A DNA stretch of 64,000 bases from a bacterium (GTDB taxonomy: Bacteria; Patescibacteriota; Patescibacteriia; Patescibacteriales; UBA12075). The notes under the pieces are model-generated. The model was not told the DNA's origin and made no database searches. It saw only the letters and a program-made list of their open reading frames with translations. The translations under genes and the position numbers were made by a program. How positions within the stretch are numbered: the first letter of the stretch is position 1; every line of letters begins with the position of its first letter. The DNA lies in NCBI GenBank assembly GCA_043820875.1, contig JBDRDI010000021.1:91-64090 (forward strand), read 5' to 3'. Below, one piece after another: positions 37,042 through 48,408 of the stretch.

Positions 37042-38130
37042 TTATTGATTCAGCTCTTTTAATAGTTCTTTTTGCTTTCTCGTTAAGCTCCGCGGAGTTT
37101 TGATAATAACCTCAACCATCTGGTCGCCACGACCGATACCGCGAAGCTTGGCTATACCGTAACCCCGCAATTTAAAAATTGTTCCTGATTGAGTACCTGA
37201 CGGAATTTTAAGATTACTGGGACCATTAATCGTGTCTATACTTATTTTATCACCTAATGCGGCTTGTGTAAAACTTATTTCCGCTTTTGATTTTATGTCG
37301 TATCCATCGCGCACAAAACGATTGTCTTGGTTGATTTTTATTTTTAAATATAAGTCTCCGCTCGATCCATGTTTTTCACCTGCCTCACCCTGTCCGCTCA
37401 AGCGGATCGCTTCACCTTCATCAATGCCGGCTGGAATTTTTATTCTCAACGATACTTGATCATTAACAGTTCCGGAGCCGGAACACTGGGCGCATTTTTG
37501 ACTATATGTTTTTCCTTCACCATCGCAATTTGAACAGATGGATTGAATACGCATATTTCCCAATATTGTCCTTTGAGTTTTCATTTCTTTCCCTGTACCG
37601 CGACAAACTTGGCAAGTCTCAATTTTTGCTCCAGGCTCAGCGCCATTTCCGCCACAACGGTTACATGATATTTTTTTTCGCAATTTGATTTCTTTTTCCG
37701 CGCCAAAAACGGCGTCATGAAAATCAATTGAAAGAGACATCTGAATATCTCTTCCTCTATGCTGTCCTGTTTTCCCGCCGGAGCCCTGCGAACCAAATCC
37801 AAACATATCTCCGATTCCGCCGAAAAGATCACCCAAGTCGTCCATGTCTATATTAATGTTTTGTCCGCCAAACCCGGAGAATCCTTGAAAGCCGGAGAAA
37901 CCGTTGCTTGCGCCATTACCAAAAGCCGCGGATCCAAACTGGTCATATCTGGCACGCTTATCTTTGTCACCTAAAACTTGGTAGGCTTCATTAATCTCTT
38001 TAAATTTGGCTTCATTGCCGGTGGCTTTATCCGGATGAAATTCATGGGCCTTTTTATGAAAAGCTTTTTTGACTTCATCATGGGAAGAACCACGAGACAC
38101 GCCTAAAACGTCATAATAATCTTTGGACAT
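37042..38130 (-). CDS. dnaJ: Chaperone DnaJ
   Basis: HPD motif, four CxxCxGxG repeats. Confidence 0.97.
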   Translation of the reverse strand: MSKDYYDVLGVSRGSSHDEVKKAFHKKAHEFHPDKATGNEAKFKEINEAYQVLGDKDKRARYDQFGSAAFGNGASNGFSGFQGFSGFGGQNINIDMDDLGDLFGGIGDMFGFGSQGSGGKTGQHRGRDIQMSLSIDFHDAVFGAEKEIKLRKKISCNRCGGNGAEPGAKIETCQVCRGTGKEMKTQRTILGNMRIQSICSNCDGEGKTYSQKCAQCSGSGTVNDQVSLRIKIPAGIDEGEAIRLSGQGEAGEKHGSSGDLYLKIKINQDNRFVRDGYDIKSKAEISFTQAALGDKISIDTINGPSNLKIPSGTQSGTIFKLRGYGIAKLRGIGRGDQMVEVIIKTPRSLTRKQKELLKELNQ

Positions 38131-38158
38131 ATTGTAAAATGCAAATTTGCATCATTCT

Positions 38159-38452
38159 TTAAGCTTTAAATCCGATTTCTCCGTCTGTTTGAGACAATTC
38201 TTTTATCTCTCCGAAATTTTCTTCGTATTTTTTCAAATTTTCTTGCAAAGCCGCGACCATTCTTTTAAAATGTCCCGGGCTGGAAATTATTTTTCCGGAT
38301 ACTCTTCCGGCTCCGCCCAAGATATTAAAAAAAATCATCTGAAATTCATCTTTGTTATGATTCACTTGCATGGCATTCGCATATTCCGCTCCCGGAATAT
38401 TATCTGCGATTTTTATTTCCATTTTTGGAGGTTGATTTGGTTGTTGAGACAT
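38159..38452 (-). CDS. DUF3467-family protein
   Basis: YAN...V.H...EF...F, II.SP.H.KR...AL..N...YE..FGEI. Confidence 0.8.
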   Translation of the reverse strand: MSQQPNQPPKMEIKIADNIPGAEYANAMQVNHNKDEFQMIFFNILGGAGRVSGKIISSPGHFKRMVAALQENLKKYEENFGEIKELSQTDGEIGFKA

Positions 38453-38475
38453 ATTGTTGTTTTAAATATTTATAT

Positions 38476-40383
38476 TTATTTTTTATCTTCCACTTCTCCT
38501 TCCACCACATTTTCTTTTTCATCTTTACCTTCCTCTTTATTTTCCTCTTTAGCCTTTTCTGTCGGATTCTGATTTGAGTCGGCAGATGCTTGATACATGG
38601 CTGCGCCGATTTTTTGAGCAACTGCGTTCATTTCTTCCAAACTCTTTTTTATTTCTTCAATTTTATCGCTGTCTTTTATTTTTTTCAGCGCTTCTTTTTT
38701 CTCTTCCAAGTCTTTTTTATCTTCCTCTTTCATTTTGTCGCCGGATTCTTTGATTAATTTTTCAGTTTGAAAGATAACTGCGTCCGCTTGATTTTTTATT
38801 TCAATCAATTCTTTTTTATTTTTATCTTCTTCCGCGTGCACTTCCGCGTCTTTTCTCATTTTTTCCACTTCTTCCTTGGAAAGCGATGAAGAAGCGGCAA
38901 TGGTAATCTTCTGTTCTTTGCCGCTCGCCTTGTCAGCGGCTTTAACATTTAAAATTCCATTGGCATCAATATCAAAAGAAACTTCAATTTGCGGGATTCC
39001 TCTGGGAGCCGGCGGCAAGCCGTCCAAAATAAATTTGCCCAAAGTTTTGTTATCCGCGGCCATTGGTCTCTCTCCTTGCACAACGTTAATTTCAACACTC
39101 GCTTGACCGTCTGCGGCCGTGGAAAAAATTTGTGATTTTGATGTTGGGACAGTTGTATTTCTTTCAATCAAAGGAGTCGCTACACTGCCCAATGTTTCAA
39201 TACCCAGTGTCAAAGGAGTAACGTCAAGAAGCAATACGTCTTTCACGTCTCCTTGTAGAACTCCGGCTTGAACCGCGGCGCCGTCCGCGACAACTTCGTC
39301 CGGATTAACGCCCAGGTGCGGCTCTTTGCCAAAAAATTCTTTTACTTTTTTCTGCACCAACGGCATACGGGTCATTCCTCCCACCATAATAACTTCTTCA
39401 ATCTCTTTGGCATCCATACCAGCATCTTTCAAGGCGTCACGACATGGTTCCATGGTTTTTTCAACCAAGTCATAAATCAACTCTTCCAATTTTGCCCTGG
39501 ATAATTTCAAAACCAAATGTTTCGGACCGTTTTCATCGGTGGCGATAAAGGGCTGATTGATTTCCGTTTCATTGGTTGTGGATAATTCAATTTTTGCTTT
39601 TTCCGCCGCTTCTTTGATTCTTTGTTTGGCCAATGGATCTTTGGACAAATCAATGCCTTGGTCTTTCTTAAATTCATCAACAATCCATTGAATAATTTTT
39701 TGATCAAAATCTTCACCCCCTAAATGAGTATCACCGTTGGTTGATTTTACTTCCACCGTATCAGAGCTGATATCCAAAATGGAAATATCAAAAGTTCCGC
39801 CGCCCAAGTCATAAACCGCGATTTGCTGTCCTTTTTTCTTTTCAAATCCATACGCCAAAGCCGCGGCTGTCGGCTCATTAATTATTCTCTTGACGTCCAA
39901 TCCGGCGATTCTTCCTGCGTCTTTTGTGGCCTGCCTTTGCGAGTCATCAAAATAAGCCGGCACAGTAATTACTGCTTCGGTAATTTTTTCACCCAGCTTG
40001 GCCTCGGCATCTGTTTTAAGCTTTGTAAGAATCATAGCCGATATTTCTTCAGGGGAATATTCTTTGTCGCCCATTTTTACTTTGACTGCCTCGCCTGCTT
40101 TAACAATTTTATACGGTACCACATCAATGTCTTTACCGACTTCTGGATCATTAAACTTACGACCGATTAAACGTTTAACTGCAAAAACCGTGTTTTCCGG
40201 ATTGATTACTGCTTGGCGCTTGGCTGTTTGACCAACCAAACGTTCACCGTTTTTGGAGATAGCGACCACAGAAGGCGTTGTACGATTTCCTTCAGCGTTT
40301 TCCAAAATTCTCGTTTTACCGCCCTCAATAATTGCCATGGCGCTATTGGTTGTGCCCAAGTCTATTCCTAATATTTTGCTCAT
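38476..40383 (-). CDS. dnaK: Chaperone DnaK
   Basis: [33 protein letters not shown]. Confidence 0.99.
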   Translation of the reverse strand: MSKILGIDLGTTNSAMAIIEGGKTRILENAEGNRTTPSVVAISKNGERLVGQTAKRQAVINPENTVFAVKRLIGRKFNDPEVGKDIDVVPYKIVKAGEAVKVKMGDKEYSPEEISAMILTKLKTDAEAKLGEKITEAVITVPAYFDDSQRQATKDAGRIAGLDVKRIINEPTAAALAYGFEKKKGQQIAVYDLGGGTFDISILDISSDTVEVKSTNGDTHLGGEDFDQKIIQWIVDEFKKDQGIDLSKDPLAKQRIKEAAEKAKIELSTTNETEINQPFIATDENGPKHLVLKLSRAKLEELIYDLVEKTMEPCRDALKDAGMDAKEIEEVIMVGGMTRMPLVQKKVKEFFGKEPHLGVNPDEVVADGAAVQAGVLQGDVKDVLLLDVTPLTLGIETLGSVATPLIERNTTVPTSKSQIFSTAADGQASVEINVVQGERPMAADNKTLGKFILDGLPPAPRGIPQIEVSFDIDANGILNVKAADKASGKEQKITIAASSSLSKEEVEKMRKDAEVHAEEDKNKKELIEIKNQADAVIFQTEKLIKESGDKMKEEDKKDLEEKKEALKKIKDSDKIEEIKKSLEEMNAVAQKIGAAMYQASADSNQNPTEKAKEENKEEGKDEKENVVEGEVEDKK

Positions 40384-40472
40384 AAAAATAAATGTAATAG
40401 ATATTAACGCGACGTGTTTTTAATTTTAGCCGCTTTAATATTTATCTTAGTAAATTTATAATTTAATATTTT

Positions 40473-40901
40473 TTATTTTTTAGTTTCAATTTTAATTGTT
40501 TTTTCTTCATCTGTAGGCGCCTTAGGTACGGAAATTTTTAAAACTCCATCCTCGGCTACCGCAGTTGCTTTGTCATTTATGACATGCGCGGGCAATTGCA
40601 CACTCCTGAAAAAACTACCACGTCTGATTTCTTTCCGATAATAGTTTTTATCGTCCACTTCACTTTTTTTCTCACCCTCTCCCCTTATGCATAAAACATC
40701 ATTCTTGATTGAAATATCAACTTTGTCCGGATCAATTCCGGCCAGCTGAGTTTCCACAATCACGTTTTCTTTATCTTCATACATGTCAATCGCCGGAACA
40801 AATCCGGCTTTCCCGCCATATGGCGCTGGCGCGAGTTCTGAAAATATTTTCTCCATATCTTCGAAATCGCTAAAAAAAGGTGACCATTTGATTAAAGACA
40901 T
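40473..40901 (-). CDS. Hsp20/alpha-crystallin small heat-shock protein
   Basis: PAIDMYE, GSFFRSVQLP, DGVLKISVPK. Confidence 0.93.
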   Translation of the reverse strand: MSLIKWSPFFSDFEDMEKIFSELAPAPYGGKAGFVPAIDMYEDKENVIVETQLAGIDPDKVDISIKNDVLCIRGEGEKKSEVDDKNYYRKEIRRGSFFRSVQLPAHVINDKATAVAEDGVLKISVPKAPTDEEKTIKIETKK

Positions 40902-40939
40902 ATGCTTTGTTTTTTAAATAGTTAAAAAAATATTTATCA

Positions 40940-41437
40940 TTATTCTAAAACGACTTTTGCCGGAACAATCACTCTTCCGTTTAACTTATGGCCGGATTTT
41001 ATTTCGTTTTTCACTTTATCGCCTTCTCCATCTATTGCCTCCATGAATTCGGGATCAAATTTTTCTTTTTCTGTTTTTATTTTTTCTACTCCAAAGTTTT
41101 TTAAAACATCTTCAAATTGTTTGATAACATATCCAACTCCTTCAGCCCATGCGCTTTTTTTCGCCTCTTCGTCAAGATGCTCCATGGAAATTTTTAAATT
41201 ATCATAAACCGGCAGAATAGCAAGTATTAATTCTTCGTTGGCATATTTTACAAATTCTGTTTTTTCTTCCGCGCTTCTTTTTAATAAATTTTGATAATCC
41301 GCCAACGCCCGCAAATATTTTTCACTCGCCTCTTTCACCTCTGCTTTAAAAATTTCTTCCGTTTTTATTTTTTCTATTTTATTTTCCTTGCCACGCGATA
41401 GCGAAGCCATTTTGCGCGGTTTTTTTCCGTCATCCAT
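40940..41437 (-). CDS. grpE: Nucleotide exchange factor GrpE
   Basis: LRALADYQN, KFDP...EA, G..LNGRVI.PAKV. Confidence 0.93.
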   Translation of the reverse strand: MDDGKKPRKMASLSRGKENKIEKIKTEEIFKAEVKEASEKYLRALADYQNLLKRSAEEKTEFVKYANEELILAILPVYDNLKISMEHLDEEAKKSAWAEGVGYVIKQFEDVLKNFGVEKIKTEKEKFDPEFMEAIDGEGDKVKNEIKSGHKLNGRVIVPAKVVLE

Positions 41438-41442
41438 AAATA

Positions 41443-42132
41443 TTAATCATTAAATTTATTATTTATAATATTCGCTAAAGACAAATTCTTTTCATAGTCC
41501 ATTCTCATGGGTCCCAATATTCCAAATAAGCCTATATTATCTTCCAATTTATATTTTACCAAAATGGCGCTACAAAAATTTCCAAAAGGATTTTCCGAGC
41601 CAATAAAAACATTTTTTCCTTTCTGCACTCCGTCAAAAATTTCACCAATGATTTCGTCAATGCGGTCTATAACGAGAGAAATGTCGTAAATAGTTTCCAA
41701 TTCTTGAAACTCCGGCTGTTGGAACAAATTGGAAATACCGGTATAATATATATCTTGTTTATGAAACGCCCAAAAAACAGCATTACCGGAAAGTTGAGAT
41801 ATTTGTTTGGCAGCGATTTTTAAATTTTCCCTTTCTTTGCTTCGCAAAATCAATTCTATCTCTTTTGTTTTTTTATCAGACAAATTTTTTCCGCTTAAAT
41901 TTTCCAAATAAATTCTATACGCTTTCTCGGCCGGTATGCGACCGGCAGAAGTATGCGGCTGAATAATATATCCGGCTTCTTCCAATTCAACCATTTCTTT
42001 GCGAACCGTGGCCGGCGAAATGTTCAAATTATATTTATCAACCAAAACGCCTGAACCAACCGGCGAACCGGTTAAAATATGCTCTTTGATAATGGTATTT
42101 AATATTAATAGTTTTCGTTCGCTGATTTTCAT
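41443..42132 (-). CDS. hrcA: Heat-inducible repressor HrcA (short form)
   Basis: PVGS, SPATVR.EM..LE, QPHTSAGRIP, GPMRMDY. Confidence 0.93.
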   Translation of the reverse strand: MKISERKLLILNTIIKEHILTGSPVGSGVLVDKYNLNISPATVRKEMVELEEAGYIIQPHTSAGRIPAEKAYRIYLENLSGKNLSDKKTKEIELILRSKERENLKIAAKQISQLSGNAVFWAFHKQDIYYTGISNLFQQPEFQELETIYDISLVIDRIDEIIGEIFDGVQKGKNVFIGSENPFGNFCSAILVKYKLEDNIGLFGILGPMRMDYEKNLSLANIINNKFND

Positions 42133-42150
42133 AATTTTATATTACCACCA

Positions 42151-42177
42151 TTAGCACTCTCTCGTCAAGAGTGCTGA
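42151..42177. promoter_or_regulatory. CIRCE operator overlapping the hrcA -35 element
   Basis: TTAGCACTC-N9-GAGTGCTGA, one mismatch to consensus. Confidence 0.93.
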
Positions 42178-42194
42178 ATAATAATATTTTTATT

Positions 42195-42236
42195 AAAAAA
42201 TCCCGCCAGAGGTCTTGCGACTTGGCGGGAGAAAAT
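42195..42236 (-). terminator. Intrinsic terminator
   Basis: tcccgcca...tggcggga stem with T-run on the minus strand. Confidence 0.65.
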
Positions 42237-42254
42237 AATGAAACTGCGGAGTTG

Positions 42255-42461
42255 TCAGCGCAAACAGCTCCTTACCGCTTTAATGCTATCGGCAAGGGCA
42301 CGTTCCTTTTCTTCCTTAACGACGACACTCCATTCTCGAAAAAAAATGTGGTCGCCGGAATATAGCTCATAAAAAACAGCAAAAACGATTTCCTTGGCCA
42401 GGTCATCAAGTTTCTTTCCCTGCTTATATTCCGAAAGTTCACTCAGCAATGACATCACCAT
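42255..42461 (-). CDS. Small hypothetical protein
   Basis: SD GGAGG; overlaps the upstream gene stop. Confidence 0.55.
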   Translation of the reverse strand: MVMSLLSELSEYKQGKKLDDLAKEIVFAVFYELYSGDHIFFREWSVVVKEEKERALADSIKAVRSCLR

Positions 42462-42970
42462 CCTCCTTCCGCAGAGCAGAACACTCGACTGTCCTCATAC
42501 CATTCGTATGAATCTTTAACAGAACGAACGCTTATACGCCAACCGCCGTATTTTTGATCAACGATCACCGGACAAAGAATCCCTTTGTTGTTGAGAATAT
42601 AAAATATATTTGCGCTCCAGAGAGAAAGCGCGCCTTCTTCCAAGTTGGGCTGTTTTTTCAAAACGCCCCACAATTCAGGAAGGGTGGTTCTTACTTTTTT
42701 CTCTCCGCCGAGTTTAGCAATAATCAAACCGTCTTTAGATGGCTCCCACAATTCTCCGTATGAAAGCATCATTCTTGATCGATTGTCATTATCGGGAAAC
42801 TGCGACAAAAAACCATCTTCCAAACAAGAAATCTTTACTTCTGCCCCGTCCTCTACAAAATATACATCATCTGCGAACGACGACATATTTGGAGAAATTT
42901 CCACTTCGGCAAGAAATAAAAATAACGGATCAATTTCTCTAGCTCTGGACTCCGAAACGGCTCTTGGCAT
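42455..42970 (-). CDS. Hypothetical protein resembling DGR target proteins
   Basis: SD GAGGAG; TTGACA(43076-43081)-17 bp-TATGAT promoter; aromatic-rich C-terminus ANIFYI...GGWRI...EWYEDSRVF. Confidence 0.7.
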   Translation of the reverse strand: MPRAVSESRAREIDPLFLFLAEVEISPNMSSFADDVYFVEDGAEVKISCLEDGFLSQFPDNDNRSRMMLSYGELWEPSKDGLIIAKLGGEKKVRTTLPELWGVLKKQPNLEEGALSLWSANIFYILNNKGILCPVIVDQKYGGWRISVRSVKDSYEWYEDSRVFCSAEGGW

Positions 42971-43082
42971 ATTGCTCCTCTTTTCTTGGTTTTGCTATAC
43001 TATTTAGTCATTTTCATTATAACTTTAAAAGAACTGCTTGTACTGATTAATTATCATATATATAAAATAATTTTCTGTCAAA

Positions 43083-43157
43083 TGTTAATTCTCAACCGCT
43101 TTCTTGTATTCCCCAAAATACCAAGTCAAAAATTCTCTGGCCACTGGCACGGCGTTA
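43083..43157 (-). repeat. Duplicate of the mrdA 3' end (left boundary of inserted cassette)
   Basis: 72/75 identical to 45827-45901, including 51 bp exact (43107-43157 = 45851-45901). Confidence 0.92.
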
Positions 43158-43220
43158 ATGTTCCCCTCCCCCTTCTCCGATTAAAACTTTTTATTTCAAC
43201 TCTATAAATACCGGCCATTC

Positions 43221-43249
43221 TTGACAAAACAGATATGGAAGTGTAAGAT
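43221..43249 (+). promoter_or_regulatory. Sigma70-type promoter of the radical SAM operon
   Basis: TTGACA-17 bp-TAAGAT. Confidence 0.65.
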
Positions 43250-43308
43250 TTTAAAAAATAAAATAAAAATCGTTCATTAACAATAAAACATAAAAGGAAA
43301 TATTGAAA

Positions 43309-44703
43309 ATGAATAAACAATATTCGATTAATCTAAGAGTCGGCTGGAGATATATTGATTCCGAAATAGTTACATTTAATTGTGCAAATCAAGAAATTGC
43401 CATTTGGAATGAGACAGCTTCTTTTTTGTGGAAAAAAATATACGAAGGCGCGACCAATCTTGATGATTTAGTAAGGCTTTTTGCCGATGAATATTCTATT
43501 GACAAAAAAATGGCAAAACGAGATATCACCGTTTTTCTTCAAGAAGCTGTTTCTCTTGATTTTATTAATTATCCAGATAACAAGCTGGAATTAAAATCAA
43601 AAGACCAAAACGACGATGGCGGAGAAAATGTTTTATTAGCCATCGAAATGAAAGCTATTGAAAAATTTATTCCTTTCGCCATAACTTTTGAAACGACTTA
43701 TTCTTGCAACGAAAAATGTGTTCATTGCTATATGGATCGTAATAAACATTCTCTTTCGTTCAACGAAGTTAAGAGAATTCTTGACGAAATCGCGGCCGAA
43801 GGTTGCTTGTTTGTCTCTTTTACCGGCGGGGAATTTTTTACTCGCGACGACGCTATGGAAATTGTGGAGTACGCCGACAAATTACATTTTGTTGTTGATA
43901 TTCTTAGCAACGGCACTCTAGTTACCGAGGACAAGGCAAACATGCTCGCACTACGTTCCGTAAGACGCGTTCAAGTAAGTCTTTACGGAGCAACCCCTGA
44001 GACACACGACTCAATTACTCGTTTATCTGGTTCGTTTAAAAAGACCTTGCAAGGTATAAATTTTTTAACCAAGGCGGGAATAAAAGTAGAAATTGCTTTT
44101 CCGCTAATGCAAATAAACTTTCATGAACGCTATCTCTTGAAAGATCTTGCCAAATCTTTAGGTTGTTTAATGTCGCCGAGTCATGTTATCACCGCTCGTA
44201 ATAGCGGGGAACAAGATACTTTTTCTTTCCGATTGAACGATGAGCAGCTAAAATTGTTTTTAGAAGATAAAGATTTATCCTCTCTTTATGCGGGACGTAA
44301 ACCATTTCAAGATCATCAATTTTATTTTGGATTTTCTGATTTAACAAGCGCTGCCCCTTGTTATAGCGGGTTTAACAGTTGTGCAATTACGCCTTCGGGC
44401 GAAGTTTTACCTTGCAATCAGCTTCTTTATAAAGTCGGCGATTTGAGGGAAAAAAACTTTTCGGGAATTTGGAACAACTCCCCACAAATTAAACATCTTC
44501 GTAATTTAACTATCGGGAATCTTCCGATATGCTCCAGTTGCCCGACTTTGTCATTTTGCGCTCGTTGTCCGGGGCTAGCCCTATTGGAAGGAGGTGATCT
44601 CTTGGGGCCATCGCCGGAGAACTGTCGAATAACAACAACCTTTGTTTCAGGGAAAGGAGGTGAAATTCATGAAAAGGAAAAACTACATTCCGCCTCGCGC
44701 TAG
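43309..44703 (+). CDS. RRE(PqqD)-radical SAM-SPASM peptide maturase
   Basis: N-terminal NETASFLW...LFADEYSID...RDI..FL (PqqD-like); CNEKCVHC; FTGGE; SPASM cysteines CYSG...G.VLPC...CSSC.....C..CP...C. Confidence 0.92.
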   Translation: MNKQYSINLRVGWRYIDSEIVTFNCANQEIAIWNETASFLWKKIYEGATNLDDLVRLFADEYSIDKKMAKRDITVFLQEAVSLDFINYPDNKLELKSKDQNDDGGENVLLAIEMKAIEKFIPFAITFETTYSCNEKCVHCYMDRNKHSLSFNEVKRILDEIAAEGCLFVSFTGGEFFTRDDAMEIVEYADKLHFVVDILSNGTLVTEDKANMLALRSVRRVQVSLYGATPETHDSITRLSGSFKKTLQGINFLTKAGIKVEIAFPLMQINFHERYLLKDLAKSLGCLMSPSHVITARNSGEQDTFSFRLNDEQLKLFLEDKDLSSLYAGRKPFQDHQFYFGFSDLTSAAPCYSGFNSCAITPSGEVLPCNQLLYKVGDLREKNFSGIWNNSPQIKHLRNLTIGNLPICSSCPTLSFCARCPGLALLEGGDLLGPSPENCRITTTFVSGKGGEIHEKEKLHSASR

Positions 44704-44788
44704 GATGAAAGGCAATACAAAGTTGCTGATCATAGCAGCCATCCACAAAGGATGCACTTCATCCTCGTCCAGGGTTAAGAAGGGTTAA
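44669..44788 (+). CDS. Putative RiPP precursor peptide (39 aa)
   Basis: Strong SD AAGGAGGTGA (44654-44663); MKRKNYIPPRARMKGNTKLLIIAAIHKGCTSSSSRVKKG; YxxP leader motif; followed by terminator. Confidence 0.75.
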   Translation: MKRKNYIPPRARMKGNTKLLIIAAIHKGCTSSSSRVKKG

Positions 44789-44800
44789 TACCGATTATCC

Positions 44801-44838
44801 GCCCTGTCCAAATCTAACAATTTGGGCAGGGCTTTTCT
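44801..44838 (+). terminator. Intrinsic terminator of the rSAM-precursor operon
   Basis: gccctgtccaaa-tctaacaa-tttgggcagggc-ttttct. Confidence 0.75.
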
Positions 44839-45754
44839 ATATCAACTCAATATTGTTTTCAAACTTAATATTTTTCAAAGAAGCAAACACGATCGGTTGC
44901 AAAGTCTGAACCGAATTATTAGTCAAGGGTAAACCAAGTTTATTCCAATAGTTAATTTGAAAATTTTTGGGTATAACTGGTTTTAAAAAAATATTAAATC
45001 CATTTATAAAAACTATCCTGTAATCTCTCCTTTGAGCAAAATATTTTTCTCGCTTTTTTCCATTTTCCAAAGACGCATATTGCGTGTCAAAATCCAGCCA
45101 GCCAAAAGAATTAAAATACGCGCTTGCCCAGCCGTGCTCGGCAATCTTTTTTTGTTTTGGAAAAATAACAAAACCGGTATTGTTCCTAGCAGGTATCTTT
45201 AAAATTCTGCACATCGCCACAAATAAACTTGAGTATTCTCCGCAATCGCCCTCGGGCTCAGTCAAATCTAAATGCTTCACACCTCTTTGCTTAACGGGAT
45301 AACAATATCTGAAATTTTTTACAATAAAATTAAAAACGGATTGAACATTGTCTAAAATAGGATTATCGTCGTTAATTATTTTTCTAGTTAACTTTTTCAG
45401 CGCAGGAGTCTGCTCTAAAAATTTTTCATTTTTAATATATTGTTGAAACGATTTGGCAAAATACATTGGTGATAAAAAATTTTCTTTTTTCAAATCAATT
45501 TTATTTTTCCAAATAGTCGCCTTAATATTCATTTCTATGTTAATATTTTTTTCGTTTTTGAATTCAAAATACAAAATTTTATTTCCTTTATCGTCTTTAT
45601 AATATTTCGATGGTGCTGGCAAAATTGAAAAAGATTCTACTTTTTGCGTTATAGAATTTAAAGGTTGGGCTACCCAAACTTTTACAATATTATTATCTGA
45701 ACTTTTTAAAACAGCTCTGTATCTGATATGAAATTTTTTAGGAGAGTAAGTCAT
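44837..45754 (-). CDS. Transglutaminase-like (Cys-His-Asp) domain protein
   Basis: GDCGEYSSLFVAMCRILKIPAR, HGWA, GWLDFD. Confidence 0.9.
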   Translation of the reverse strand: MTYSPKKFHIRYRAVLKSSDNNIVKVWVAQPLNSITQKVESFSILPAPSKYYKDDKGNKILYFEFKNEKNINIEMNIKATIWKNKIDLKKENFLSPMYFAKSFQQYIKNEKFLEQTPALKKLTRKIINDDNPILDNVQSVFNFIVKNFRYCYPVKQRGVKHLDLTEPEGDCGEYSSLFVAMCRILKIPARNNTGFVIFPKQKKIAEHGWASAYFNSFGWLDFDTQYASLENGKKREKYFAQRRDYRIVFINGFNIFLKPVIPKNFQINYWNKLGLPLTNNSVQTLQPIVFASLKNIKFENNIELI

Positions 45755-45828
45755 ATTTTACAAAAATTTATTTTAATAAATTAACTAACATAAATATACA
45801 ATAAAACAATCACACAATCAATAGAGTG

Positions 45829-47832
<2,004 letters not shown>

Positions 47833-47872
47833 GTTTTTTATTTTTAAAAATGTTTTGCGTCAAATTGTGAGT

Positions 47873-48397
47873 CTATCTGAAGAAAGCCGGCCTTAACTTT
47901 TTTACCGCTTTGCTTAACAAATAAAAAATTATAGCCACTCCTACTGAATTTATGGCCAAAAAAATAAATTCGGAAAAGAAAAAACTTTTATCCATAATAA
48001 ACGGGAAATCTTTTTTTTCAAGAAAAAATAACAAAAAAATCAACAAATAAACAAAAAATTTATAAATAAAGCCGGCAAAAAGACATAATGTTAAAAAAGA
48101 ATATAACGACCTGTTGGTGATAAAATTAACAAGCAAAAATTTTGTCAAAAGAATCATGGCAGAAAAAGAAACTATATATATGCCGAAGGGATAAAATGAA
48201 AAAAAATCAAAAAGCACGCCAACGCCAGCGGCCCACCATATTGCCAGCCAATCGTCTCTCAGGCCGAGCATAAAAATTAAAACAATAATAACTAGGCTGA
48301 AATTGCCGAATGGCCGAGGCAGGCTATTCAAAAATGAAAGCTGTAAGGCCGTCAAGGTTATTAAAAAAATTATGTTTAAAAATATTTTTCCGTACAT
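47873..48397 (-). CDS. mreD: Rod shape-determining protein MreD
   Basis: Very hydrophobic, G..FD motif, located between mreC and mrdA. Confidence 0.75.
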   Translation of the reverse strand: MYGKIFLNIIFLITLTALQLSFLNSLPRPFGNFSLVIIVLIFMLGLRDDWLAIWWAAGVGVLFDFFSFYPFGIYIVSFSAMILLTKFLLVNFITNRSLYSFLTLCLFAGFIYKFFVYLLIFLLFFLEKKDFPFIMDKSFFFSEFIFLAINSVGVAIIFYLLSKAVKKLRPAFFR

Positions 48398-48408
48398 AAA
48401 ATTATAAA

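Noticed and set aside
43126-43320. 64-aa minus-strand ORF and overlapping 73-aa plus-strand ORF (42986-43207)
   Set aside because: They span promoters and the mrdA duplicate; no RBS or coding features
43309-44703. PqqE or another cofactor-biosynthesis rSAM
   Set aside because: No pqqB/pqqC or mft genes, and the adjacent peptide lacks the PqqA ExxxY motif
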